Origin: Flavobacteriales bacterium
GTDB lineage: Bacteria > Bacteroidota > Bacteroidia > Flavobacteriales_F > PHOS-HE28
Length of the DNA stretch: 64,000 bases
Assembly: GCA_038234075.1 (NCBI GenBank)
Contig: JBBSUV010000012.1
Location: 22,616-86,615, forward strand
Direction: 5' to 3'
Shown: positions 19,879-28,770 of the stretch, in pieces
Numbering within the stretch: the stretch's first letter is position 1
How the letters are laid out: every line of letters begins with the position of its first letter
The notes under the pieces: model-generated
Databases searched by the model: none
The model's input: only the letters and a program-made list of their open reading frames with translations
Told to the model about the DNA's origin: nothing
Made by a program: the position numbers and the translations under genes

Positions 19879-20238
19879 ATGCTGAAGCCCCTGATCTGGA
19901 TCACCGCATTGCTCTTCTTCTCCGCGAATGCCATCGGACAAACGCCCGGCAGCAACCCATCCAGTGCAGTGCTGCAGAGCTGCTTCATTGGCACGCCGGC
20001 GGCGATGTGGACCAAGTTGAAGCTCACCAGCGATCAGCAGGAGCGCCTGAGCCGGGTGCAGGAGGCTTGCAAAACGGAATGCGATGTGGCCAATGGCAAG
20101 AAGGAGAACGATGGCATCTCCCATTCCAGCGGCGATATGATCATCACCGAGCTGAAGAACATCCTGACCATGGACCAGTATGCCGCTTGGTTGGCCTATT
20201 GCGAGGGCTCCGGCGGAAAGGGGACTACCCCGAAGTGA
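19879..20238 (+). CDS. Small secreted helical protein
   Basis: Signal peptide MLKPLIWITALLFFSANAIG, 119 aa, four Cys. Confidence 0.7.
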   Translation: MLKPLIWITALLFFSANAIGQTPGSNPSSAVLQSCFIGTPAAMWTKLKLTSDQQERLSRVQEACKTECDVANGKKENDGISHSSGDMIITELKNILTMDQYAAWLAYCEGSGGKGTTPK

Positions 20239-20261
20239 AGGGGCGCGTTGGGAATTCCGTG

Positions 20262-20338
20262 TGGAGACTCCGGATCTGGGCCCGGGTGAAAACCATCGGT
20301 TCCAAGAACGAATGTCATTCCGGGCTTGACCCGGAATC
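20262..20338. repeat. Inverted pair of REP-like hairpins (GTCATTCCGGGCTTGACCCGGAATC type)
   Basis: 20313-20338 TGTCATTCCGGGCTTGACCCGGAATC, with a degenerate inverted partner at about 20262-20290, between convergent genes. Confidence 0.6.
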
Positions 20339-20369
20339 GCGCAAATGCCATGACCGGAGTACTCCCACA

Positions 20370-21371
20370 CTATTCCTTCCAGCGCCTTTCCCTCCACTCC
20401 TTCTGTGCTTCCTTGGAAAGGAATGTCCAAGCCACGATCCGGGTGACCTTATTCCCCGTCCCCATGGAGATGGTCTTCACCTGGCTGGCTTCGCTCTCGT
20501 CCAAGAGCCGATGGATCCCTTTCAGGTTGGAATGCTTGGATACCATGGTTGTGAACCAGAAGCAGCTTTGCGAGAACAGCTTACTCTCTCTGATCATGTT
20601 CTGGATGAATCCATATTCCCCGCCATCGGTGATCAGCTCATTGCTGATCCCTGAAAAGTTGAGCACGGGGACCTTTGCCTTTTTACCCGACAGGTTCTCC
20701 ACTTTTCGTCGTGTTCCATGTTGGGCCTCTTCCAGCGAAGCATGAAAAGGAGGGTTGCACAGGGTGATGTCGATCCGCTCTTCTTTGGTCAGTATGCCGT
20801 AGAAAATGGCCTTCGGGTCCTTTTGCAACCGAAGCTCGATCTTGCCGTGAAGGGACGGGTTGGACCGGATGATATGCTCCGCCGAGGCGATCGACCGGGG
20901 ATCGATATCCGAACCGATGAAGCGCCAGCCATATTCAGTAACACCGGTGATAGGATAGATGCAGCTGGCCCCCACGCCAACATCCAGGCAAGTGATCTTG
21001 TCGCCAAGGGGGATCGTGCCCCCATTGCTTCCACCTACCAGGTCAGCAAGGTGGTGGATGTAGTCTGCCCGACCCGGTACGGGTGGGCACAGATTGTCAT
21101 CCGGGAAGTCCCAGTGCTTGATCCCGTAATAGTGGTTGAGCAAGGCTTTGTTCAAGAGCTTAACGGCGCGTGGATCGGAAAAGTCGATGGACTCGGCTCC
21201 GAACTCGTTCACCCTTACATGGCTCTTCAATTCAGGTATAGCAGTTATTAAAGCGCTCAGATCATATCGCTCCCGGTTCTTGTTCCGAGGATGGAGTCTT
21301 CCCTTCTCCTTCACCCCTCCCGCCGGGTCTCCGCCTCGGGACCCTGCGGTCCGTGCTTTTCCGTGGCCCAT
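20370..21371 (-). CDS. rlmF: 23S rRNA (adenine1618-N6)-methyltransferase
   Basis: LHPRNKNRERYD, LCPPVPGRADYIH, LDVGVGASCIY and CNPPF motifs. Confidence 0.95.
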   Translation of the reverse strand: MGHGKARTAGSRGGDPAGGVKEKGRLHPRNKNRERYDLSALITAIPELKSHVRVNEFGAESIDFSDPRAVKLLNKALLNHYYGIKHWDFPDDNLCPPVPGRADYIHHLADLVGGSNGGTIPLGDKITCLDVGVGASCIYPITGVTEYGWRFIGSDIDPRSIASAEHIIRSNPSLHGKIELRLQKDPKAIFYGILTKEERIDITLCNPPFHASLEEAQHGTRRKVENLSGKKAKVPVLNFSGISNELITDGGEYGFIQNMIRESKLFSQSCFWFTTMVSKHSNLKGIHRLLDESEASQVKTISMGTGNKVTRIVAWTFLSKEAQKEWRERRWKE

Positions 21372-21386
21372 GTCGCGCTAACCCCG

Positions 21387-22361
21387 TCAATCCAACGTCA
21401 ACAGGATCTTTCCAATATGATCGCTGCTTTCCATCAGCCGATGTGCATCTGCCGCCTCTTCCAGCGGGAACGTCTTGTAGATCACAGGATGGATCTGTTT
21501 GGAACGGAACAGCGGCCAGATGTGCTGCTCCACCTCCTGCGCGATCCGGGTCTTCACCTCGGCGGTTTGGGGCTTCAGAAAGCTCCCTGTCAAGGTGAGG
21601 TTCTTGCTCATGATGGTGCGCAGATCGATGCTGACCTCCGTGCTCTTCATGCCGTTGATATAGAGAAGTCGGCCCTCTTTATTCAGGATGGCCAGGTTCT
21701 TCTGGGTGTAGTCCCCACCGACCATGTCCAGGATCACATCGATCTGCTCCGCTTTCCAGACTTCTTCGAACGCTTCCTTCTTGTAGTTGATCGCCGTTCC
21801 GAGGTGCATGCTGTTCAGGAATGCGATCTTGGCATCGCTGCCGGCGGTGGTGTAGACCGTGCAGCCCCAAGCCTTGGCCATCTGCAGGCCCATGGTGCCG
21901 ATGCCGCTCGTACCGCCGTGGATCAACAGCTTCTCACCGGGTTGGAGCTTGCCCAAGTGGAACACGTTGAACCAGACCGTGAACACGGTTTCCGGGATCG
22001 CGGCGGCGTCCGTTAAACTGATCCCTTCCGGCACGGGAAGGCAATGGGAGCTGTCCACCGCCACATATTCGGCATAGCCGCCACTTGCGATCAGCGCGCA
22101 GACGGCATCGCCAACCTGCTTGTCCGTTACCCTTGCGCCCACCGCTGTGATCACCCCGGAAACTTCCAAGCCCGGGATCAAGTTGTCCCCGGATCCCTTG
22201 CCGTAGGTATCGGTGTTCTGTCGCGTGATCACATCGCTGCGATTGACGCCCGCAGCTTTCACCTTGATCAATACCTGGTCGGCTTCAAGTTCCGGCGTTG
22301 GCGTTTCCTGTAACTGCAGTACTTCCGGCCCACCGGATCGGGTGATATGGATCGCTCTCAT
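21387..22361 (-). CDS. NAD(P)H:quinone oxidoreductase, PIG3 family
   Basis: AAGVNRSD, GGYAEY, LIHGGTSGIGT and HIGKILL motifs. Confidence 0.9.
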   Translation of the reverse strand: MRAIHITRSGGPEVLQLQETPTPELEADQVLIKVKAAGVNRSDVITRQNTDTYGKGSGDNLIPGLEVSGVITAVGARVTDKQVGDAVCALIASGGYAEYVAVDSSHCLPVPEGISLTDAAAIPETVFTVWFNVFHLGKLQPGEKLLIHGGTSGIGTMGLQMAKAWGCTVYTTAGSDAKIAFLNSMHLGTAINYKKEAFEEVWKAEQIDVILDMVGGDYTQKNLAILNKEGRLLYINGMKSTEVSIDLRTIMSKNLTLTGSFLKPQTAEVKTRIAQEVEQHIWPLFRSKQIHPVIYKTFPLEEAADAHRLMESSDHIGKILLTLD

Positions 22362-22625
22362 GGGATATTCCTTAGGGAGCATTAAAGGTACCGTGGTTTG
22401 AAGCCGTGCGAAGAACGTACCTCGTCGGCATTATCGCTAATCCACTTCTCGTGCCGTAGTTGCAGTGCCCGCCTGAGGCGGATCAAAACGCCGGAGACTC
22501 GGCAAACAGCCGAGCGCCGGGGTGGAGCTCACTTTTTAGTAGGGCCGGAAAAGACTTGCGGGAGCGAGGGAGATCAACGATAATGAAAAGTTATGACAGA
22601 AAAGAAAGAAGGTTATTGAACCGTG

Positions 22626-23882
22626 TCAGCCATATATCTTATGAAATACTAACCTCATCAAGAACCCTGCTAAAATTAATGAAAAACCAGAGAACGCTAC
22701 CTTTAAAGGCAAAGAAGCGGACATTGCTAAGCACCCCACTAAGCCTAGTATAGGAATTATCCTGCCATACATCCTATCTTGCTTCGGCTGTTTTATAGCC
22801 GCTATATTAGTAATACTATAATAGAGCAGAATCGTAAAAGTCGCAGCTCTAACAATAAATTCGAACGAACCTATAAGGGTGATCATCAAAATTACAAGAC
22901 CTGTAAAAAGTATTCCAATATGTGGAACCCGATATTTTTCATGTATGCTTTTAAAAGTAGGTGGTAAGTCATTCCTTCTGCCCATGGCTAACATCACTCT
23001 GCTTATCCCCAATACCTGACTCAACAGCACACCTAACATTGCAGTGGATGCGCCAATGGTTATAACGATACTGATCGCCGGAGTGTTCAACGCAGCAGCA
23101 ACAACTTGTAACGGCGAGGTGCTGTTTGCCATATTCTCTGTTCCTATAACACCAATAGCTACAACAGAAATTATACCATAGAGAATAATCGCTGTTACTA
23201 TAGTGATCATGATCGATCTTGGGATCGTTTTCTTGGGGTCCACTACTTCTTCTGCAAGTGTTGCTATTCGCCCATATCCTGTAAAAGCAAAAAATAAAAG
23301 CGCAGCAGCTTCTGCAATTCCTGAAATGCCAAATGGAGCGAAGGGTTTGAAGTTTTCAAGATTCACCTCAGAAATACCGCTAAAAGCCAGATATATAAGA
23401 GAAAGTAAAGTTCCAGTAACGATCACAAGATTTAAAATTCCGGCTTTCTTAATGCCACAGTAATTGGCCACTGTCACAAGAATGACAGCTAAAACAGAAA
23501 AAGTCAATGGAGAAGCAATTGGCATCAGTTGGTAGAAATAACTACCAAAGCCTATTGCAACAAATCCTGCCCCTGCAAGCTTACTCACTAAAAACATCCA
23601 TCCTGCCAAAAATCCAGAGGAAGGACTTAACAATATGTACCCATATTCGTAAGTGCCGCCCGATTGTGGATACTTGGCTGCCAATTGCGCAGAGCTTAAA
23701 GCATTAAAAGTGGCAATGATCCCGGCAATTAGAAGACCCACAAGAAAGGCAGGGCCCGAAACTCCAGCTGCTATCCCGGTAACCACGAAAATGCCTGCAC
23801 CAATTATTGCGCCCAAACCAATGCCCACCGCATCTTTTAAGGTTAGTGATCTTAAAAGATGCTGCTCATCTAAATCCTTCAT
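22626..23882 (-). CDS. APC-family amino acid permease (AT-rich island)
   Basis: GLGAIIGAGIF, FFAFTGY and EEVVDPKKTIPRS motifs. GC is visibly lower than the host. Confidence 0.88.
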   Translation of the reverse strand: MKDLDEQHLLRSLTLKDAVGIGLGAIIGAGIFVVTGIAAGVSGPAFLVGLLIAGIIATFNALSSAQLAAKYPQSGGTYEYGYILLSPSSGFLAGWMFLVSKLAGAGFVAIGFGSYFYQLMPIASPLTFSVLAVILVTVANYCGIKKAGILNLVIVTGTLLSLIYLAFSGISEVNLENFKPFAPFGISGIAEAAALLFFAFTGYGRIATLAEEVVDPKKTIPRSIMITIVTAIILYGIISVVAIGVIGTENMANSTSPLQVVAAALNTPAISIVITIGASTAMLGVLLSQVLGISRVMLAMGRRNDLPPTFKSIHEKYRVPHIGILFTGLVILMITLIGSFEFIVRAATFTILLYYSITNIAAIKQPKQDRMYGRIIPILGLVGCLAMSASLPLKVAFSGFSLILAGFLMRLVFHKIYG

Positions 23883-24351
23883 GCGTTCTTATTTAGTATA
23901 AGCCGATCCAATGAAAATTTTCCGGCACCCTTAAGTATAAGAAAAAGGCATCCCAACCACATTGCAAGATCAGTACGGATCTCGTGCGCCATACTCCAGA
24001 ATCCATAGGTTTTGAGTTCTCGTAGCACAAAAGGTCCGAAACTTGCGCCAAAAGCAATCGGGATTTTAGTGACAATTATTGATACTGTCATGTTGATGAT
24101 CATTGCTATAGCTGCTGCACGGGTTAAAAATCCGAGAAGAAGTAATACACCGCACACAATTTCAAAAACGCCTACGAAATGTGCGAAAAGATCAGGATCG
24201 GGAATCCCATTTTTACAAATCGTTCCGGTCCGAGAACCGCAGGGAATAAAAATTTCTGAATGCCTTCGGAAAGAAAAACGGAGCCTACCATCAAACGAAT
24301 GATGATAGTAGTTTTTGAATTGTCGGTGTGCGTAATTCTTTGATACATCAT
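23879..24351 (-). pseudogene. DoxX-family membrane protein with a -1 frameshift (real or sequencing error)
   Basis: N-terminal frame (IIRLMVGSVFLSEGIQKF) stops early. Adding one base at about 24208-24215 (AAAAATGGG) restores ...GIPDPDLFAHFVGVFEIVCG. The span is 473 nt (3n-1). Confidence 0.8.
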
Positions 24352-24418
24352 TATTTATGGGTCTATATTTTGCCTACTTCGCCGAAAGCAAATATGTTTT
24401 ACACAGTACAAAGTAAGA

Positions 24419-25612
24419 TCAGGAACCAAATTCAAAGTTTAGGATCATCGTGCCCACTAAGGCATTATTAAATTCACCACCGGGGTTAATTACGTACTGT
24501 GCATCCGCTTTTACATTTAACCAATGTGTAACGACGAACTTGTAGAATGCTTCCAAGTTGGTTTCGTCTTGTTCGGGTAAATGTAATTCTGGACTTAAGA
24601 ACGCATAATGAGAAGAAAAGCCGAAGGCATCATCACTACGCTTGGCTGATGGCCCCGTCCAAACTACGCCACCGCCGTAATGGGCATAAACGGCGGCAAG
24701 GTGGTGGTCAGTTAAACCATATACAAGAAACATCCGTATTCCCCTATCACTTGTGTTGTGCGCAATAGGTTGCCACAAGGTTTGGTCGAATATTGCGTAA
24801 ATACCATTTGTACCTTGTACGCTCTTGCCATCAAAGTTGGAAAAAGTTCCTGTATGCTGCCATACGCCGAATTTTAGATTTCCATCTTTTTGTAAGCTTG
24901 ATAAATGATTCCACTTTAACCCCAACTCACTTAAAAGCAATACCCCATTTGTCGTTGGTTGTAGAGAGACGGGGTCTCCATGAAAATTGAGAAACCGCGC
25001 ATTTTGATTGGCGTAATCCATTGCCAGGTTTATGTAAAATAATTTGCCCGAGGAAATGAAGATATTAATACTTGGGACTGGATCCGGAAATGTGGGAAAA
25101 ACGAAGAACGTTGGCGTAACCTGCGTTGAGCTATTGATAAATTCAAGTCCGTTGTCAATAACGCTAAATTCTGAATTGGTATCTATCTTGCCTATTTTTA
25201 ATCGTAATTTAGAATTAAACAGCTCCTGTTGATACCAAAATTCCAGCATCTGCACAAAGGGAAATGAATTATGTTTATCAAACACCTGAAAATCGCCAAT
25301 TAGTTTTTCAGAAGGATCATCTCCGGCGTGATACTCAAGGTCGGCATAGATAACAGCATTTTTTATACCGATTGATTTTTGTAAATCGAAATTTATATTC
25401 GCATCAAAAGTGGAAGCATAAGCTGTACCTGTTTTAATGCCACCTTCAAAATTATTATAACCTTCCAATGTTTCGCTGATGCCAAAGGATATTCCATTTG
25501 TACTTAAAATCGTAAAAATATTCTTTTGTTTAATGGAATCCTGAGCAGTAGAGGTGGTGGATAAGCTCATTAAGATGAATATTACAGAAAAGTATTTGAG
25601 AATGAACTTCAC
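24419..25612 (-). CDS. OprB-family carbohydrate-selective porin
   Basis: GTG at 25612 gives the signal peptide MKFILKYFSVIFILMSLSTTSTA. Also WYQQELF...LRLKIGKID and VKADAQYVINPGG, ending in a terminal F-x-x. Confidence 0.8.
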   Translation of the reverse strand: MKFILKYFSVIFILMSLSTTSTAQDSIKQKNIFTILSTNGISFGISETLEGYNNFEGGIKTGTAYASTFDANINFDLQKSIGIKNAVIYADLEYHAGDDPSEKLIGDFQVFDKHNSFPFVQMLEFWYQQELFNSKLRLKIGKIDTNSEFSVIDNGLEFINSSTQVTPTFFVFPTFPDPVPSINIFISSGKLFYINLAMDYANQNARFLNFHGDPVSLQPTTNGVLLLSELGLKWNHLSSLQKDGNLKFGVWQHTGTFSNFDGKSVQGTNGIYAIFDQTLWQPIAHNTSDRGIRMFLVYGLTDHHLAAVYAHYGGGVVWTGPSAKRSDDAFGFSSHYAFLSPELHLPEQDETNLEAFYKFVVTHWLNVKADAQYVINPGGEFNNALVGTMILNFEFGS

Positions 25613-25669
25613 CTTCCGCAGGGTCTCCACTTCGGGACTCTGTGGTCTGTGCTCTTCCGTGGCTGTTCT

Positions 25670-25753
25670 ATGAATAAGGTCGATCACAGTCTCATCACCC
25701 CGAAGCAGGTACACAGCGATGTTTGTGTCAACGACATACCTAGTTCCACTCAT
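25670..25753 (-). pseudogene. Truncated PIN/VapC toxin N-terminus
   Basis: MSGTRYVVDTNIAVYLLRGDETVIDLI is a PIN strand-1/DTN motif. It overlaps the antitoxin stop by 14 nt, and similarity ends after about 27 aa. Confidence 0.7.
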
Positions 25754-25919
25754 CCCGCATCCGTTGCTGGATCATCAAGGAATCCTCTTTCAGCTTGATC
25801 GTTCCGGCGAACTGTCGGATGTCAGGTAGTTCCCGACGCTTGCGGGCACGCGGTTTCAGCTTCTTCAACGCTGCGGCGATCTGCCGCTTCGTCATGCCTT
25901 CCCGGATGATGATAGCCAT
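25740..25919 (-). CDS. Putative antitoxin (Bacteroidota PIN-associated small protein)
   Basis: 59 aa basic protein ending FAGTIKLKEDSLMIQQRMRDEW. A TAACTTTG -7 box lies at 25937-25944. Confidence 0.65.
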   Translation of the reverse strand: MAIIIREGMTKRQIAAALKKLKPRARKRRELPDIRQFAGTIKLKEDSLMIQQRMRDEWN

Positions 25920-25970
25920 GTGTTCTGCTTCAAGACCAAAGTTAGGGCACAAGGAGGATGGAAGCCATTT

Positions 25971-27836
25971 TCACTTCACCACCAACACCGGCACCTTCAC
26001 CCTATGCCTTACCGCATCCACGGTAGCGCCGAAGAGCAGGTCCATCAGCCCGCGGTGGCCGTGTGAGCCCATCACGAGGAGGTCGGCCTCGCTCTTGTTC
26101 ACCAAGTTGGCAATGGCCGCCACCGGACTGCCTTGGCCCACCACCGCCTGTGCGGAATAGCCTGCGGCACGGAGCTTTTCGGCGTAGAGTTCCAGGTTGG
26201 TGGCGTCGTCCACCGCCTCGCGGTCTTCGGTGAGCGCGCCGAGGTAGTGTGCGGCGGCGCTTTCGGTGATGTGGATCAGGATGTACTCGGCCACCTTTCC
26301 GCCCTGGGCGATGGCCGCGTTCAGCACGCGCTCGTCCATCGCCTTGAACTCCACGGTCACAGCGATGCGCTGCGGCGGGCGCTGCTCCTGCACCTTCAGC
26401 TCCGGCAGGGTACTGTCGATATGTCGCTTGGCGGGTCTCAGCTTCGCAAAGAACGGCTTCACGGTGATGTAGAGCAGCAGCAGTGCGAAGAGGATGATGA
26501 TGGGGATCACGAGGAACTCCACCCAGAACACATGTGCACCGCTTCCTTCGAGCCAGCCCTGCACCTCCTGCAGCACGAGTTGTGCGTTCAGCACCACGAT
26601 GATGATCGCCGTGGCCCACGACAGCAGTTTCACCCACGGTTTGATGGCGAAGGTGCCCATGCGTTTCTTGTCGCTGGTGAAGTGGATCAGCGGGATCACG
26701 GCGAAGCCAAGCTGCAAGCTGAGCACCACTTGGCTGAGGACGAGGAGCTGGCCCAACGAATCCGGCCCGAAATAGATGATGCTGATGACCGCGGGGATGA
26801 TGGCGAGCGAGCGCGTGATGAGCCGCCGCAGCCACGGGCGGATGCGCAGGTCGAGGTAGCCTTCCATCACGATCTGCCCGGCGAGCGTGCCGGTGATGGT
26901 GCTGCTTTGCCCCGCGCCGATGAGGGCGATGGCGAAGAGCGCCGGGGCCATGGTGCCGAAGAGTTCGCCGAGCAGTTCGTGCGCCTGGTCGATCTCCGCC
27001 ACGTCGTAATGCCCTGCGGTATGGAAGGCGGCCGCGGCGAGGATGAGAATGGCGGCATTGACGAAGAAGGCGAGGTTGAGCGCGATGGTGGTGTCGAAGA
27101 AGTTGAAGCGGATGGCCTCGCGCATGCCCTTGTCGGTGCGCTCGAAGCGGCGCGTCTGCACCAGCGCGCTGTGGAGGTAGAGATTGTGCGGCATCACGGT
27201 GGCGCCGATGATGCCGATGGCGATGTAGAGCGCCTTGTCGGAAAGCGCGGAAGGGATGAGGCCTTTGAGCACATCGCCCACCACGGGTTCCACGATGAAC
27301 ATTTCCGCGAGGAAGGAGAGGCCGATGAGGGTGACGATGGAGACGATGAAGATCTCCAGCATGCGCATGCCCTTGTTCATCAGGAAAAGGATGAGCAGCG
27401 TGTCCAATGCGGTGATGAGCACGCCCCAGAGCACGGGCAGGCCGAAGAGGAGGTTGAGGCCGATGGCCATGCCCACCACCTCGGCGAGGTCGCAGGCGGC
27501 GATGGCGATCTCGGCCATCACGTACAGCGGGATGTTCACGATGGGCGGGTAGGTATGCCTGCTGGCCTGGGCGAGGTCGAGGCCGCGCACGATGCCGAGG
27601 CGGGCGCTGAGGCTTTGCAGCAGTAGCGCCATGAGGTTGCTCATCAGCAGCACCCAGATCAGCTGGTAGCCGAAGGCCGACCCGCCGGCGATGTCCGTGG
27701 CCCAGTTGCCGGGGTCCATGTAGCCCACGCTCACCAGGTAGGCAGGGCCGAGAAAGGCGAGAATGCGGCGCCAGCCCTTCGCGGTGGGAATGGCCACGCT
27801 GGAATGCGCGTCGCCGAGGGAGCGCCGGTCGTGCAT
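25971..27836 (-). CDS. mntH: Nramp-family Mn2+/Fe2+ transporter with C-terminal USP domain
   Basis: GYMDPGNWATD and GATVMPHNLYLHS motifs. C-terminal LLVMGSHGHRG is USP-like. Confidence 0.93.
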   Translation of the reverse strand: MHDRRSLGDAHSSVAIPTAKGWRRILAFLGPAYLVSVGYMDPGNWATDIAGGSAFGYQLIWVLLMSNLMALLLQSLSARLGIVRGLDLAQASRHTYPPIVNIPLYVMAEIAIAACDLAEVVGMAIGLNLLFGLPVLWGVLITALDTLLILFLMNKGMRMLEIFIVSIVTLIGLSFLAEMFIVEPVVGDVLKGLIPSALSDKALYIAIGIIGATVMPHNLYLHSALVQTRRFERTDKGMREAIRFNFFDTTIALNLAFFVNAAILILAAAAFHTAGHYDVAEIDQAHELLGELFGTMAPALFAIALIGAGQSSTITGTLAGQIVMEGYLDLRIRPWLRRLITRSLAIIPAVISIIYFGPDSLGQLLVLSQVVLSLQLGFAVIPLIHFTSDKKRMGTFAIKPWVKLLSWATAIIIVVLNAQLVLQEVQGWLEGSGAHVFWVEFLVIPIIILFALLLLYITVKPFFAKLRPAKRHIDSTLPELKVQEQRPPQRIAVTVEFKAMDERVLNAAIAQGGKVAEYILIHITESAAAHYLGALTEDREAVDDATNLELYAEKLRAAGYSAQAVVGQGSPVAAIANLVNKSEADLLVMGSHGHRGLMDLLFGATVDAVRHRVKVPVLVVK

Positions 27837-28516
27837 CAGGGCTTCCGGCTTTTTCCTTTGGGCAGCAGTTCCACCAGCAGGTGCGCGGCCACTTGCGCGG
27901 AAAGGGTGAGGTGCGCTGCTTTGTCGCCTTGGAGTTCCACGCTATCATCGAAGGCATGGCGGGCGATCACGGCGAAGCGCATGCCGATGCCGAGGCCTTT
28001 GCCGTCCAGCAGGTGCAGCAGGGTGTCGCTGCCGTCCTTCACGGCGACGATGCGCATGTGCGCGCCCGCGCTGCATTCCGTCAGCGGCAGGGTATCACGC
28101 TCGGTCATGCGTCCGTTGCGGTCCGGGATGGGGTCGCCGTGCGGATCGAAGGCGGGGTCGCCGAGGTATTGCGCGAGGCTCTCCGTGAGCTTTTCGCTCT
28201 GCACATGCTCCAATTGTTCGGCAACGTCATGCACCTCGTTCCACTTGAATCCGAGGCGTTCCACGAGGAAGGTCTCCCACAGGCGGTGCTTGCGGACAAG
28301 CTTCAGCGCGGCGGCCTTACCCTTGGCGGTGAGCTTCACGCCGTAGTAAGGTTCGTGCTTCAAGAGGCCCTTCCCGGCAAGCTTCTTCAGCATCACGGTA
28401 ACGCTGCTGGCCTTGATGTCCAGGCGTTCCGCGAGGTCCTTGGTGCCTGCGGTGGCACCGTCCTGCAGCAGGGTGTGCACAGCCTTGATGTGGTCCTCTT
28501 CGCTGCGGGTGAGCAT
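27836..28516 (-). CDS. mntR: DtxR/MntR-family metal-dependent repressor with FeoA domain
   Basis: SEEDHIKAV, ASSVTVMLKKL, RKHRLWETFL and DPHGDPIP motifs. Confidence 0.9.
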   Translation of the reverse strand: MLTRSEEDHIKAVHTLLQDGATAGTKDLAERLDIKASSVTVMLKKLAGKGLLKHEPYYGVKLTAKGKAAALKLVRKHRLWETFLVERLGFKWNEVHDVAEQLEHVQSEKLTESLAQYLGDPAFDPHGDPIPDRNGRMTERDTLPLTECSAGAHMRIVAVKDGSDTLLHLLDGKGLGIGMRFAVIARHAFDDSVELQGDKAAHLTLSAQVAAHLLVELLPKGKSRKP

Positions 28517-28522
28517 CGGGGA

Positions 28523-28562
28523 CAAATGTAGGATGAAATAAAATTATTAGACAAGGCTAAAT
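28523..28562 (-). promoter_or_regulatory. mntR promoter (-7 TACATTTG) with DtxR/MntR-type operator TTAG-N6-CTAA
   Basis: ATTAGACAAGGCTAAAT at 28546-28562 and the reverse complement of TACATTTG at 28523-28530. Confidence 0.7.
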
Positions 28563-28578
28563 TGGTGAATAATGAGGA

Positions 28579-28770
28579 GTGATTGGTGATCGGGGTTCCC
28601 AAGGCCCCAGGATCCGCCGCCATTTTCCAGTCAGTAGCACACTGCTCCGCGCACAGCGCGAGATCCTGTCAATCCTGTAATCCTGTCATTCTCTTGTCGG
28701 CAGTCGTCATGCCCAGTCACCAGTCACCAGTCACCACCAACCAATCACCATCACTGATCGCCGATCACTA
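28579..28770. repeat. Intergenic repeat element, copy 1 (heptamer arms plus conserved core)
   Basis: GTGATTG/GTGATCG left arm, core CTCCGCGCACAGCGCG..ATCCTGTC..TTCTCTTGTCGGCAG, and a CAGTCAC/CGATCAC right arm. Confidence 0.7.

Noticed and set aside
10211-25950. Integron/CALIN cassette array (long run of mostly minus-strand single genes)
   Set aside because: No integrase, and no complete attC sites with paired R''/L''/L'/R' boxes could be built. Only isolated TAAC/GTTA cores were seen.
26002-27957. Long alternative-frame ORFs over mntH (651 aa minus, 497 aa plus)
   Set aside because: Shadow ORFs typical of high-GC coding DNA, with Arg/Pro/His-rich or antisense composition.
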